DNA of 64,000 bases, taken from the NCBI GenBank assembly GCA_030390025.1, contig CM059432.1:85562001-85626000 (forward strand), read 5' to 3'. Origin of the DNA: Squalus acanthias. Taxonomy: Eukaryota. The notes below the pieces were generated by a model. The model saw only the letters and a list, made by a program, of their open reading frames with translations, was not told the origin of the DNA and ran no database searches. A program made the position numbers and the translations under genes. How positions within the stretch are numbered: the first letter of the stretch is position 1; each line of letters opens with the position of its first letter. Of this stretch, positions 13,770 to 25,482 are shown one piece after another.

Positions 13770-14875
13770 CGTTGTGTAGTGTGTGCTGATTCTCTTCAAG
13801 CTTTCAAGAGGGAGATGTACTGCTTCTTGACTGGGCTAGAGATCACATCGGCCCAGAAATTAAAGACGGAGCCTTCCTGCGGGGGTAAGGCTTCCCCGCG
13901 ATATCTCACTGCGCGCCTGCCTTTTCCTTCCGAGCTCACACGAACTTTAGTTTCAAGGCTGCAGCTGTGCAGTGTGTGCGTATCCCACAGACGCAGTTAA
14001 TTCGTGCGAGCTGTGGGATCACGTGATTCAGTTAGAGCCAATGGCAGCACACCATCTTTCATTCATAGTTTTGACAGCAAGGGCTGTCAAAGCTATGAAT
14101 CTATACCCCCCCCAAAAGAACAGCTAAACCTCAATTAAATTTTTTAAAAAAAACATCACATTAATAAAATAAGTATAGTTAAATAAATTAACCACTTTAA
14201 ACAAAAAATTAAATTTTTGAAAAAATTTAAAATCTTTTTAAAAGTTATAAAAATAAACTTACCTTTCTTTAAAGTCTCTAAAAAAGATAAACCTGTTGAA
14301 AAAAATTTAAAATAATACTTAATTAACTACTAACCTTGTTAAAAGAGGGTCTTACGCCTCCTTTCTTTATGTGCAAAATCTTCCATGCTTACCTGCGCGT
14401 TCAAAGCACTAAGTGCACTGCGTGCGCGCAGCCTGTAGCGCACACAGTTCACTTAGGAACCGCCCCCTTTTGAGTTCACCAAGTGCCGGTTTTCAGCACA
14501 TGCACAGTGCATGCAGAAAACCGGCAATTGGAGACAGAATACGCGAGAGTACACAGTGCGTACTCTCGCGTACTAAGACTAATTTTTGGGCCATCATATA
14601 GAAGATAAATGTCTTTATAGATAACACTTGGTCCATATGATCTCCTTGATTGGTTTTGATCACCTGAGGGGCTCGGAGAGGAATTTTCCAGAGCATTTTT
14701 TCGTTTATTAGGCCTGGGTTTTTTGCCTCTCCCAGGAGACTGCATGATTGCACGGGGTGGGGGGGGTGGTGGGGGAGAAAAGTAGCGTTTAGTCATGATG
14801 CTCCAGCCATCATGGCTTGATGGCAGGCTTGATGGACCAGCAGGTCTTTACCTGTCCGTAACTTTTGTATGTTCA
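13770..14875 (+). mobile_element. CR1-like 3' terminal fragment, split by a MITE
   Basis: ADSLQAFKREMYCFL-type C-terminus; 3' UTR ending caggcttgatggacc...cctgtcc...tgtatgttc. Confidence 0.6.
13850..14592. mobile_element. Harbinger-type MITE related to 2610-3341, opposite orientation
   Basis: TIR ggcccagaaatta / taatttttgggcc (12/13); TSD ATC; shares the ccggttt...catg...catg...aaaaccgg motif and AT-rich core. Confidence 0.9.
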
Positions 14876-14985
14876 TAATAGAAAGGAAAATCGGGTGGGG
14901 TGTATAACGGCAGCTGATCCAACACCACCAGTTTCCTGTCCACACCCATGGTGAAAATTACCCCCATTTGCAAGGGGCCACATCT

Positions 14986-16481
14986 TGATAATTTTTTTAA
15001 GAAGCCACCAGCTTAGGTTGAAGGGATAATTACTAGTCCTAGCCCTTTTCGGGCTACCCCGGATCAGGCGTATTCCCCAGACGTTCCCCTTCAACTAAAG
15101 TTAGAGATAGCCGAATCCTATAAGACGCTTAATTGGGTCTAAAGGTCAGACTGTCTCTCCCTAAAGGAAAGGAACGACTTGAAGATGTTACCGTCCTCCA
15201 GATAGCACTTTTAATAAGTTTAACTAGACTGTAACCTTCCGGATATTATGAGGGTCCGGAAAACCCCCCCAGAATTCTGCAACTCCTCACAAAAGAGTGT
15301 ACAGAGATTGAGTTCACGAGTTTGATACAGAAATACTCTGTGAGACAATTCTAAAAATATATAGATTTATTAAAGAACCGACATGTAGTTAACAGTTGGT
15401 GATTTCAGTCGCAACTTTAACAGTTCAAAATACAAATAGCTTACAATTCTTCTTAGAGATCCTTATTCTCAAATCTTAACTTCGTTACATTTTTACATTT
15501 CTACTTATTCTTAATCCAGAATATCCACCAAAATCAAATAAAAGTACCTTTTTGATCCCCGAGACTCAAAGAGTTAAAAACTTACAGAGCTGGCCTCTGA
15601 AGTTGAGAATCGCTTGCCCCTTCCAGCGAATTCTGACTTCCTATCTGCAAGTTCCATATCTTATACTCTTTTTGCAGTGGCATATCCTTTGAAGTTTTAT
15701 GCTGATGTAAGCTAATTATCTCTAGTCATATTTCTGTTGACTTCTTTCTTTTCTTACTGTCAGTTCAGCTGTTAGCTTGCAGACTTGTGTCTGCTGTGTA
15801 GGTGTTCGAAACTTATCATAAAAAATGGTTATAACTGATGTATCTATTTAATGCCATTCTTACGAAGGTCTTCCATTCAATTCTTAAATCACCTAGCTGC
15901 TTGTAAGCCAGACTTCGCGTCTCCTAACTGTTCCAAGTTCAATACAAAAACCATGTGATTACTTGGTGCATCTATTGATGTAATATTTACAAAGTCTTCT
16001 GTTTGTACCTTTTACAATATGTAAATCAAAAACACTTCAACCGAGTACTTGATTGTTTCCCCAGCCATCTTAGTTGGTTATATTACAAACTTATGTCTCC
16101 TGTCTTTCATCTGATGTTACTTTTACAAAGGCATATATTTCTTTACTGTTCTGTGTTTCTGTTCGAAGTGTTAGTTTTTAACACTTTAAACTGGGTAATG
16201 GTATTGTGTTGGTTCCAAACTGCAGACTTTCTGGAAGAAACCCTTTACTTCTTCAATAGGGCCATTGTTTTAGTATTTACAACCAATTCCCATTTCAAAA
16301 GCTTGTATGGTGTTTACAGCTTTGTGTTAACGACTCATCTTATCTCAGAAGCCTGTATTTACAGCTTTAGCTTGTTAAGGCTTCTAGAATTTTAAACCCA
16401 GTTTGTCATATTTTAATAATGTCAGAATTCTGTTCATAGGATGGTGTATTTTTCTGAATAGGTATGGCTCATTCCTTTACA
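14986..16481 (-). mobile_element. Candidate solo LTR
   Basis: Minus strand TGTAAAGG...TATCA ends, TATA-like TATAAG at ~15660-15665, AATAAA at ~15366-15371; no TSD found. Confidence 0.35.
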
Positions 16482-16899
16482 AGGTGGCAGAGTTGGAAGG
16501 TGTTGTAGATGGCACCCATGTGGGCAAGAGAGCTTTTCATTATCAAACCCATTGCCTACATGGACAGAAAGGATTTGCACTGAGTCACTATTCAAGTGGT
16601 ATCTAATCACAGAAATATCATTACGCATGTGTACTTTCCACAAAGCAGCCTTGAAGCCTTCATTGCGTAGCCTACCATAGTCCCTACATTATGTGAAGGT
16701 GAAAAAACATTTGACTCTTGGAGAACAGGGCTATTCTCTGCATCCATGGCTGTTGACTCCACTGAGAAATCCCCTAAAGAGAGAAGCCGCTCAGCCTGGA
16801 TATCCAAGCATCATGTTTATTTTTCCGCTGCTATAACATCCACCTGAAAGAAAACTCTGCAATGCAGTTTTGCCACAAGGAAAGAGTATGGGCAAATCA

Positions 16900-17484
16900 A
16901 CGTGCTGGAAGCCAGCCCTGTCCACAAATCTGGCCACGCCCCCAGGTCGAATTAATCACTATGGTGAGTTTCCGCTAATTGCGCCCGTTTTGCAGGTTTC
17001 GAGGAAGCTCTTAAAATTAAACTTTATTTTTAGGCGCCTGAGCTCTAATAGGCATCTTTAAAAGCTTTTAAATATTAAAAAATATTTAATTTGCTAAGAA
17101 ACTGACTACTGTACACCAATGAAACTGGTAAATGGTTCTGTATAGTTTTATTACGTCATTTTCAGTTATTTGAAATCAGATTACTTATAGGTGGTGGACT
17201 AGACATTAAAAATGCTTATTTTTTGCGATAAACCCATTTTCAGCTATATTAATAAAACTTATTACCACTCTTAAATATATCAAGGAATATTTTTTAATGC
17301 AAAAAAAATGATGTTCTAAAACGCTGACTGACTGCGCTGGTTCATGGAAGATTTTGCATTTGTCATTATGCAAATTAGTTTGAGCGGAAACTTGAACCAT
17401 AAAATCAATTCGGAAAACTAGCACAATTTTGAGCACAATTTGTATCCGGATTGCCGATTGCGCCCAAAGTGGAAACTTTACCCC
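16900..17484. mobile_element. One-ended MITE remnant
   Basis: Right end ggaaactttacccc resembles other Harbinger TIRs; internal inverted motifs gtttccgct / agcggaaac; left TIR missing. Confidence 0.45.
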
Positions 17485-18112
17485 ATTTTGTCAAATTTTC
17501 CTGAATTTTGTGAGAAGGTTGTTAAAGAGGATGTTTTGATTTTTTAAGTGGTTTAGGTAGATATTAAAATAAAGTGGTGAGCTTCGTGCTCAAGGATGAA
17601 TTTTATCATAACCTTGTTGGATTTTTAAAGATAACACACAAATTAAAACATTGGAATATGATGCAGGTTGTCTGATCAGAGAAAATGCTGAGTTTTACAA
17701 GACAAGAAAGATGGTTCAGGAAATCCCCTCCAACGACAGTGAATAATTAATCAGTTGCACTCTGATTTTAAACTGGACCAGTAAGTTTCTAATAATAACT
17801 AAAATATTTTCAACTTGTTTGCTTTTATACGTGCTATTTCTATCATATGTCATATCAACTCTTTGCTACATACAGTAGACCTAAAGATAGAGAATAGATT
17901 GGTGGGCTGTCAAGTTTTGTCTGCTAAATTATGTTTCCTATTACAACTCAATTCTTTTTTACTAGCCACAAATATTTATAGCCCTAAATTTTATTGACCT
18001 TTTCAGAATTGCAATTAACATATAGCCAGTGCCAATAGAACTTTGGGAAAAGTTTTGCAAAGTCTGCAAGGAATTTATTTGAAATCTCTTCAGCACTCAA
18101 GATAGATCAGAG

Positions 18113-18850
18113 TATTTTCAAAATGGTAAGAAGCCAGGAACTGTGAAGGAGCAGAGAGATTTACGGTTCCACGTACAGAAATCACTAAAGCTAGTGGAAC
18201 AGGTACAAAAAATACTTTAAAAGGCTAATGGAATGTTAGCCTTTATCTCAAGAGGGCTGGAATACAAAGAGGTGGAAGTTATGCTACAGTTGTTAAAGCT
18301 CTGGTTAGATCCCATCTGGAGTATTGCATTCAGTTCTGAGCTCTGCACCTCAGGAAGGATATATTGGCCTTGGAGAGAGTGCAGCGCAGGTTCACCAGAA
18401 TTATGCCAGGATTAAAAGGGTAAAATTATGAGGACAGGTTGCATAGACAAGATTTGTATTCTCTTGAATATAGAAGATTAAGGGGTGATCTAATTGAGGT
18501 GCTTAAAATTTGATAGGGTAGATAGAGAGAAACTATTTCTTCTGGTGGGGGAATCCAGAACAAGATGGCAGAACCTTAAAATTAGAGCTAGGCCATTCAG
18601 AGGTGATGTCAGGAAACACTTCTTCACACGAAAGCTAGTGGAAATCTGGAACTCTCTCCTCAAAAAGCTGTTGAGGCTAGGTCAATCGAAAATTTCAAAA
18701 CTGAGATTGATAGACTATTGTCAGTTTAAGCGTAATATGGGATATGGAACCAAGGCGGGTAAATGGAGTTAGATACAGATTAGCCATGATCTAATTGTAT
18801 GATGGAACAGGCTTGAGGGGCTGAATGACCTACTCTAGTTCCTATGGTCC
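18113..18850 (+). mobile_element. CR1 3' fragment
   Basis: MLAFISRGLEYK...; SRTRWQNLKIR...KHFFTRKLVEIWNSL; CR1 3' UTR. Confidence 0.85.
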
Positions 18851-18939
18851 TAAAACGGGCCCAGACTAATTTCGACCCCATGTTTCCTACACATTAATAC
18901 TCAACAGTGCTCATAGACCTAGAAGGTCTTATTTAGATT

Positions 18940-19540
18940 TCTCAGCCGGTCAGTGCCTCAGAAGACTGCACTACCCATACCCATGGAGGCTATTGGAGAC
19001 ATGCCAGCTTCTGCTTGAAGACCTGCAGCCCACCTCCACCTTGAAAACATCGTTGTTTGTAGCCTTGAATTTTTTTGCCACTGGATCCTTCCAGGCAGCC
19101 TCATTTGAACTTTGTCACATTAGGCATATAAAGAAGGTCATTGGTGCTATATTCAGGTAGGCCTCACAGTTTATTCTCTTCTCCATGGAACATGGAATGA
19201 GCAGTCCAATTCTATAGATTGGCAGAGTTCCTAATTGCAAGGAGCAATTGACGGAACACATGTGACATTGAAAGCCCCATAAGACAACCCTCTCAATTTA
19301 ATTAAGAGGAAATTCAATAAATGTCAAGCTAGTGTGTGTGATACTAATAATTTTCACAGCTGGCATTGTAGTGGACCTTAAAGAAGTAGGTGCATTATCA
19401 CTATAATTAAAGTCAGCAATAACTGGTACCATTTTTTGCAGGGAACAGGCTTAGCTGTGCTACTGGACAGTGTCATTACAGACTGAATAGCTAGGACAAT
19501 CCATCCCGAAACATTTCCAAAAATGTTGTTGATGCAAATC
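18940..19540 (+). pseudogene. Highly decayed HARBI1-type transposase
   Basis: ALNFFATGSFQAA at ~19061, GAIDGTHVTLKAP at ~19241, NVKLVC at ~19320. Confidence 0.75.
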
Positions 19541-20373
19541 TGTTGAGAAGTAGAGTTGAGCAATCCTCCACCCTCCCACAATTTCATGTCTGTTGTTTAC
19601 TCCCTCTTCCTGGTGACTAGACCCTTTGTGAAAAGCACAAGAATGAATGTCAGCTCAAGCTTAGGGCTCTGGGATACATTTTCTCTTTTTTGATACAAAA
19701 CTTCCTTAGTGGACTGTGCTGTTTGTGATCATTTACCTAGTCGCAACTTTCTAATTAGTCTCAACATTGGTCTGGAAAGCCGGAATACTACTGGGATTTT
19801 GTACTAAATCTTCCCGTCATTCAGCTGTACAGGATTATGTGGGATTTTTATTTAATTTTGTTTTCTTTAACTTCAAGCCACAAATAAATCTGTGAGCTGG
19901 AAAATCACTTATAATATGCATCTGTTAGCTAGCCATGTTGCATTGTTGACCTTGATTTTGCCATATATTGGTGAATGAATTTACAGCATCACAAAGTGTG
20001 GAGTACAAGTTTGATACTTCATTCCATTCAGTTCTTGAGCTACTAAGAGGAAGAGGGCTAAATTGGATAGACCCCAAAAAGAGGCGCAGGGTTTGCGATG
20101 TGCCCACGCCCGTTCAATGTAATGCAGGCAGCACGCCATCTTCGTACTGCCTGCTCATTATCATGATTACTGCATGCAGCCAGTGCTAACTGCGCTGTTC
20201 ATTGGCTGCACGCATCAGCAGGGGGGCCAATATCGTTACTTGCTAGCACTACTTAAAGCTAGCTTGCACTGCTTAAAGCTAGACTGCACCTCTTAAAGGG
20301 AAGGTGCATTGTGGCTGCTGGAGGTGCTGACATCATTCGGGAAAGTGCTGAGCAACAAACAACAATAGTGATC

Positions 20374-22794
20374 ATGGGAGAGACCGTGAACCAAGGTTTT
20401 CCAACACTGCACTGGAGGTCTTGGAGGAGAATGTGGAAATGAGGAGAGATGTCCTGTATCCACAGAGGGGCAAGAGGCCCTCCAGACACACGATGGGAAG
20501 GCAATGGGAACAGATAGCCATGGAGGTAAATGCCAGGAGTTTCGCCCCTAGAAACTGGATGCAGTGCCACAAGATGTTTAATGACCTCACACGAGTGGTC
20601 AAGATCAATGAATGCATCTTCAAATGCCATATCCTACCAACTGCACCTCTAGCCTCAGCCACTGCTCAATTCACCACACCCCATCACTCGCCTACCAACA
20701 ATCTTTATCAATCAGGAATTATACCTAACATTCAGATGCTTCAACTCACCCTAACACACTTAGCACTGTTGCAAGCCTCACACTCACATCTCACAACTTG
20801 TGCACACTGCCAGCTATTCAACCATGACAGCCACATCACCTAAATATACTGCATGACACTCATTGACATACTTCCCTCTCTTGTAGGAGAAGGTGGCGCA
20901 CAACGAGAGGTAGCAGGAACTAACCGGAGGGGGAGAGGCACATCTGCATGTTCTAACTTCCATGGAGGAGACGGCGCTGGCCATTATCGGAAGGCCATGG
21001 CTGAGGCCATGGCCAGTAGCAGGGCTGAATCTATTGAAGATGACAGTATCCTTATACCTAATCCTCCTTCTCATATCCCACTTCCCCCTCATCCCACAAT
21101 CTCTTCTGACTTACAAGCTGAAGATGGTGTAAACATGCACTTCTTACTTTTCCCTCTCCCCTCACCACAACCTTACCCTTGTCCCCTTTCCGTTCAGATA
21201 CTCAAGAACTGCAACCTGGCCAAGCAGTGGAGGGAGACCAAGAAGACAGTAATGATGACTAAACACCGTCACTTGATTTCACACTCGCAGCCACCAGCTC
21301 AGATAGTGACATTGCGTGTATCTTAGAGGATAGCATAGAGGCGCAATCTGCACGTGATGAGACACCGGACACAGGCTGCAGTGAGAGCAGGGGCAAGGAT
21401 AGCGCAGATGCCAGCTCGCCGGAGGTCGAAGTCGCACACAAGTTCTGCTGCAGAGGACTCAGATGAGGTTATCAATGGGCCAGGCTGCAAAAAAAGGCTG
21501 ATGGGTGGACACACCGAAATGCTTGGTGTATTGTGAAGCCTACCAGAAAGCCTGCGTTCAATGTCAAGGAGCATGGAGGAGTCCGGCACCAACTTCGCAC
21601 AGGGCTTTGTGCAGTGCTTGGAGCCCATCCTTTCCAGCAACTGGTAGCCAACTCCATCAACACACTTGTGGACCCAACCATGATGCAGCATCAGCTCATC
21701 TGCTGCTGAAACCCTCATCCATGCCTTTGTTACCTCTAGACGTGACTATTCCAATGTACTCCTAGATGGCCTCCCACATCCTACCCTCTGTAAACTTGAG
21801 GTCATCCAAAACTCTGCCGCCCGTGTGCTAACTCGCACCAAGTCCCATTCACCCATCACCCCTGTGCTCGCTGACCTACATTGGCTCCCGGTTAAGCAAT
21901 GCCTCGATTTGAAATTCTCATCCTTGTTTTCAAATCCCTCCATGGCCTTGCCTTTCCCTATCTCTGTAATCTCCTCCAGCCCTACAACCCTCCGAGATAT
22001 CTGTACTCCTCCAATTCTGGCCTCTTGAGCATCTCCAATTTTAATCACTCTACCATTGGCAGCTGTGCCTTCAGCTGCCAAGGCCCTAAGCCTTGCCACC
22101 TTTCTACCTCTCTTTCCTCCTTTAAGATGCTCCTTAAAACCTACCTCTCTGACCAAACTTTTGGTCATCTGCCCTAATATTTCTTTATGTGGTTCAGTGT
22201 CAAATTTTGTTTGATAACGCTCCTGTGAAGAGTCTTGGAACTTCTTACTACATTAAAGGCGCTATATAAATACAAGTAGTTGTTGTTGTCTGATGGCCAA
22301 TGTCTCAGCTCCCATTGCAGCACAATCAGCTTCCAGCAAACGTCTGAGTGCTGCAGTGGAAGCTCAGACTGAGGTCATGCAAGGTCAGCTTGCTGCCATG
22401 CAAGCTCAGACTGCTGCTATCATGGCTGTGGATACCAGTGTTCAAAGGGGCTTACAGGGTGTCACAGCAGTCCTGCCATCATTCCTCCAACAGATTACTA
22501 GGATTTATGAGGCGCCGCCCCGGGGGAGTGGCAGTGGCTCCATGGAGCACGAATCTGCTTTTCTTTCTCAGGATGACAGCATTTGTGATCCCACCCCTGC
22601 CAGTCTGAAGCCGGGCCTTCAAGGCCCAGAGCTGCTCGAGGCGTCCTCCAAGGCCATATACAGTCTCCTCCACTGAAAGTCAGCAGCCTTCCACCAGCCA
22701 TGCTGCAGCCACAGGGGTAGCACTTCATAGGAGCACGAGGACAGGCAAAGGCACACGGAAGATAGGCACTAAGGGAATGCACAAGGGTAATTAG
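20374..22794 (+). pseudogene. Three-exon Harbinger Myb/SANT gene, disrupted by frameshifts and an L2 insertion
   Basis: RRDVLYPQRGKRP...QWEQIAMEVNARS...WMQCHKMFNDLTRVVK; acceptors at ~20886 (ttgtag|EKVAHN) and ~21198 (ttcag). Confidence 0.8.
21691..22288 (+). mobile_element. L2 3' fragment inserted in Myb exon 3
   Basis: AETLIHAFVTSR.DYSN...PITPVLADLHWLPV...LKTYLSDQTF; (ttg)n tail. Confidence 0.9.
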
Positions 22795-23712
22795 TTTAAT
22801 TTTGCATGCAATATGGCATAATTTAATTCATAAATTTGATTTGGATTGTGTATTTTGTGTTGGCTTTTATTATTATATTGTGGCCAAGAGGATGATCTGA
22901 TGGTCAGTGACAGAGGGAAGGTAAGGAGTGTGGGACTGTTGGTGAATGGGTTATTGGGATTGAGGTTTCTGGTATCGCACTTGAGTTAGTTCTTCGCGTA
23001 CAGCCCAGGCAGAAAGGGACTGTCTAGGTTGCAGCCTCCCTTCCTCTTCTCTCTCTTCCTCATCCTCCTCCCCCTTCTCCTCCTCCCTCTTCTAACAGCT
23101 TGTCCTGCTCTCGCCGGCCTCTGCTCATTCTCCCAGTCATGCTCGATTCCAAGAGGAAGACCTACTAGTGCACCCATGTCTGGGAGCAATTGGTTTGTGC
23201 AGAAGCCTTGAAGTCAGCAAAAAGTACTTCAGCACCCGCCACACCACTCCATGTATGCTTTTGAAACTTGAATCAACTATGTAAAGCACCAAAAACATGC
23301 AGAATTGTAGCAACAGCCAGAAGAAATCACCCAGCAACTAACCAATAAGTAGTTGATGATCCCTTTAAATAACACTGGTTGGCGGTCCTTCATGCTGCTT
23401 AACGCATGTTCAGCTGTGCGGGATTAAGAGAGGGAGTCAGCTGGAGCGTGCAGCTCCAAAATAGCAGCGCTGATGTCAAATCAGCGTTGCACACTGATTG
23501 ACATCATAATCTGTCTGCTCTGCTTACTTTCAGTGGACGTTAAGTGCTCATGCGCTAACCCCTTTACCAAGATGGGGTCCAGTGTGCTTTGCATCAGAAG
23601 TGTGCATGCACGCTGCGGACGACATTTTGGAACCCTAAGGCACTCGTAGCGCCCAAAAAACGGGCGTTACCGAGTCCAATTTTGCCCCTGAAGTGTCTAG
23701 TGGAGATGATGC

Positions 23713-23830
23713 GGAGATGCCGGTGTTGGACTGGGGTGGACAAAAGTGAGAAGTCGCACAACACCAGGTTATAGTCCAACAGTTTTATTTGAAATCACAA
23801 GCTTTCGGAGCTGCTGCCCCTTCGTCAGGT
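23713..23830 (-). mobile_element. Penelope-like terminal repeat fragment
   Basis: Hammerhead core followed by AATAAA on the minus strand, the usual Penelope pLTR layout. Confidence 0.7.
23793..23830 (-). ncRNA. Minimal type I hammerhead ribozyme motif
   Basis: AC-CUGACGA-A-GGGGC-AGCA-GCUCC-GAAA-GC-UU-GU: core boxes, 5-bp stem II, palindromic AAGCUU stem III. Confidence 0.7.
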
Positions 23831-25029
23831 TCATTCTCAGACTGGCAATCAGTAACTAGTGGTGTTCCACAGGGGTCAGTGCTGGGTCCCCAACTCTTCA
23901 CAATCTATATTAACGATTTGGAGGAAGGGACCAAGTGTAACATATCAAAATTTGCAGATGATACAAAGATGGGAGGGAAAGTAGTGAGTGAGGAGGACAT
24001 AAAAAACCTGCAAGGGGACATAGACAGGCTAAGTAAGTGGGCAGAGATTTGGCAGATGGAATACAACACTGGAAAGTGTGAGGTGATGCACTTTGGCAGG
24101 AAAAATCCTAGAGCAATTTATTATCTTAATGGCAAGAAACTGGTGAGTACTGAAGTGCAAAGGGATCTGGGGGTCCTGGTGCACGAAACTCAAAAGGTTA
24201 GTATGCAGGTGCAGCAAGTGATTAAGAAGGCAAATGGAATGTTGGCTTTCATTGCTAGGGGGATAGAATATAAAAATAGGGAGGTATTGCTTCAGTTGTA
24301 CAAGGTATTGGTGAGACCGCACCTGGAATACTGCATACAGTTTTGGTGTCCTTACTTAAGGAAAGACATCCTTGCTCTCGAGGCAGTGCAAAAAAGGTTC
24401 ACTCGGTTAATCCCGGGGATGAGGGGGTGGTCATATGAGGAGAGGTTGGGTAGATTGGGACTCTACTCATTGGAGTTCAGAAGAATGAGAGGCGATCTTA
24501 TTGAAACATATAAGATTGTGAAGGGGTTGGATCGGGTGGATGCGGGGAGGATGTTCCCGATGACGGGTGAGACGAGAACTAGGGGACATAGTCTTAGAAT
24601 AAGGGGCTGCTCTTTCAAAACTGAGATGAGGAGGAACTACTTCACTCAGAGGGTGGTAGGTCCATGGAATATGCTGCCACAAAAAGCTGTAGAAGCTACA
24701 ACATTAATTAAATTTAAAACAGAAATAGACAGTTTCCTAGAAGTAAAGGGCATTAAGGGTTACGGGGAGCGGGCAGGAATTTGGACATGAGTCTAGGTTC
24801 GGATCGGTCATGGCCCTGTGGGTAGTGGAGCGGGCCCAGGGACTGTGTAGCCTGATTCTGCTCCTATTTCGTGTGTGCAATTCTGTTAGATGCAGGAGAT
24901 GGTTCTGTGATAGATAGTAGATTGGCGGTTAGGATCAGATCAGCCATGATCTTATTGAATGGCGGAGCAGGCTCGAGGGGCCGATTGGCCTACTCCTGCT
25001 CCTATTTCTTATGTTCTTATGTTCTTATA
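23830..25029 (+). mobile_element. Young 5'-truncated CR1 with an uninterrupted RT C-terminal frame (to 24790)
   Basis: VTSGVPQGSVLGP, KFADDTK, LVRPHLEYC; (ttatgttc)n tail. Confidence 0.95.
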
Positions 25030-25160
25030 AGGGTCCTTTGTGAAATGAGTTTGGTCCCGTAACACGGCAACTGTGCAGTACCCTGATGCTAACAGTAGAT
25101 GCCTCAAATGGGCACTAATATCCTCTGGAAGAACAAGAGAATTAATCAAACGAGAGTGCA

Positions 25161-25482
25161 GGTTAGGGGAACAGTTTTAAGTTGTACCTCAATTGACATG
25201 TAGTCAGTTTAAAGCAGACAAGATAGTGTACTGCAGTATCAATATAAGTTGATAATCTGATTCGAATATTTGTTTGAAAGTACTCTGTATTTTAAAAACA
25301 AGTTTTGAGATTGTCTTGTGTGCTGCAGAACTGTGAGCTGTGATGCGATGAAGTCACGGAATTATACTCACAAAGCTGAGATGACTTCCTTGTACATAAA
25401 AGTTGCTTATCTTTTAAATGCTGCTATCTGTTAAATCTTTCTCCCATAGTGCTCTGAAATCAAATAGCTGCTTTTCAAACCT
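25161..25482 (+). repeat. 322-bp direct repeat, copy 1 (flanks RTE)
   Basis: Matches 26779-27100 with about 7 substitutions. Confidence 0.95.

Larger units (their letters stand above)
13675..14964. mobile_element. Harbinger-type MITE with ~85-bp imperfect TIR arms, carrying nested insertions
   Basis: agggtaattttcac...cccgattttc at left mirrors gaaaatcgggtgg...gtgaaaattacccc at right; TSD TAT/CAT. Confidence 0.75.
20053..23689. mobile_element. Harbinger deletion derivative (Myb gene on +, transposase lacking its catalytic core on -)
   Basis: TIR gagggctaaattgga / tccaattttgcccct (12/15), TSD GAA; homologous in inverted orientation to 51460-55428. Confidence 0.85.

Noticed and set aside
23789..23830. 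N-terminus of the 333-aa ORF as a real protein start
   Set aside because: Non-ATG start in antisense Penelope sequence, fused by chance to a truncated CR1
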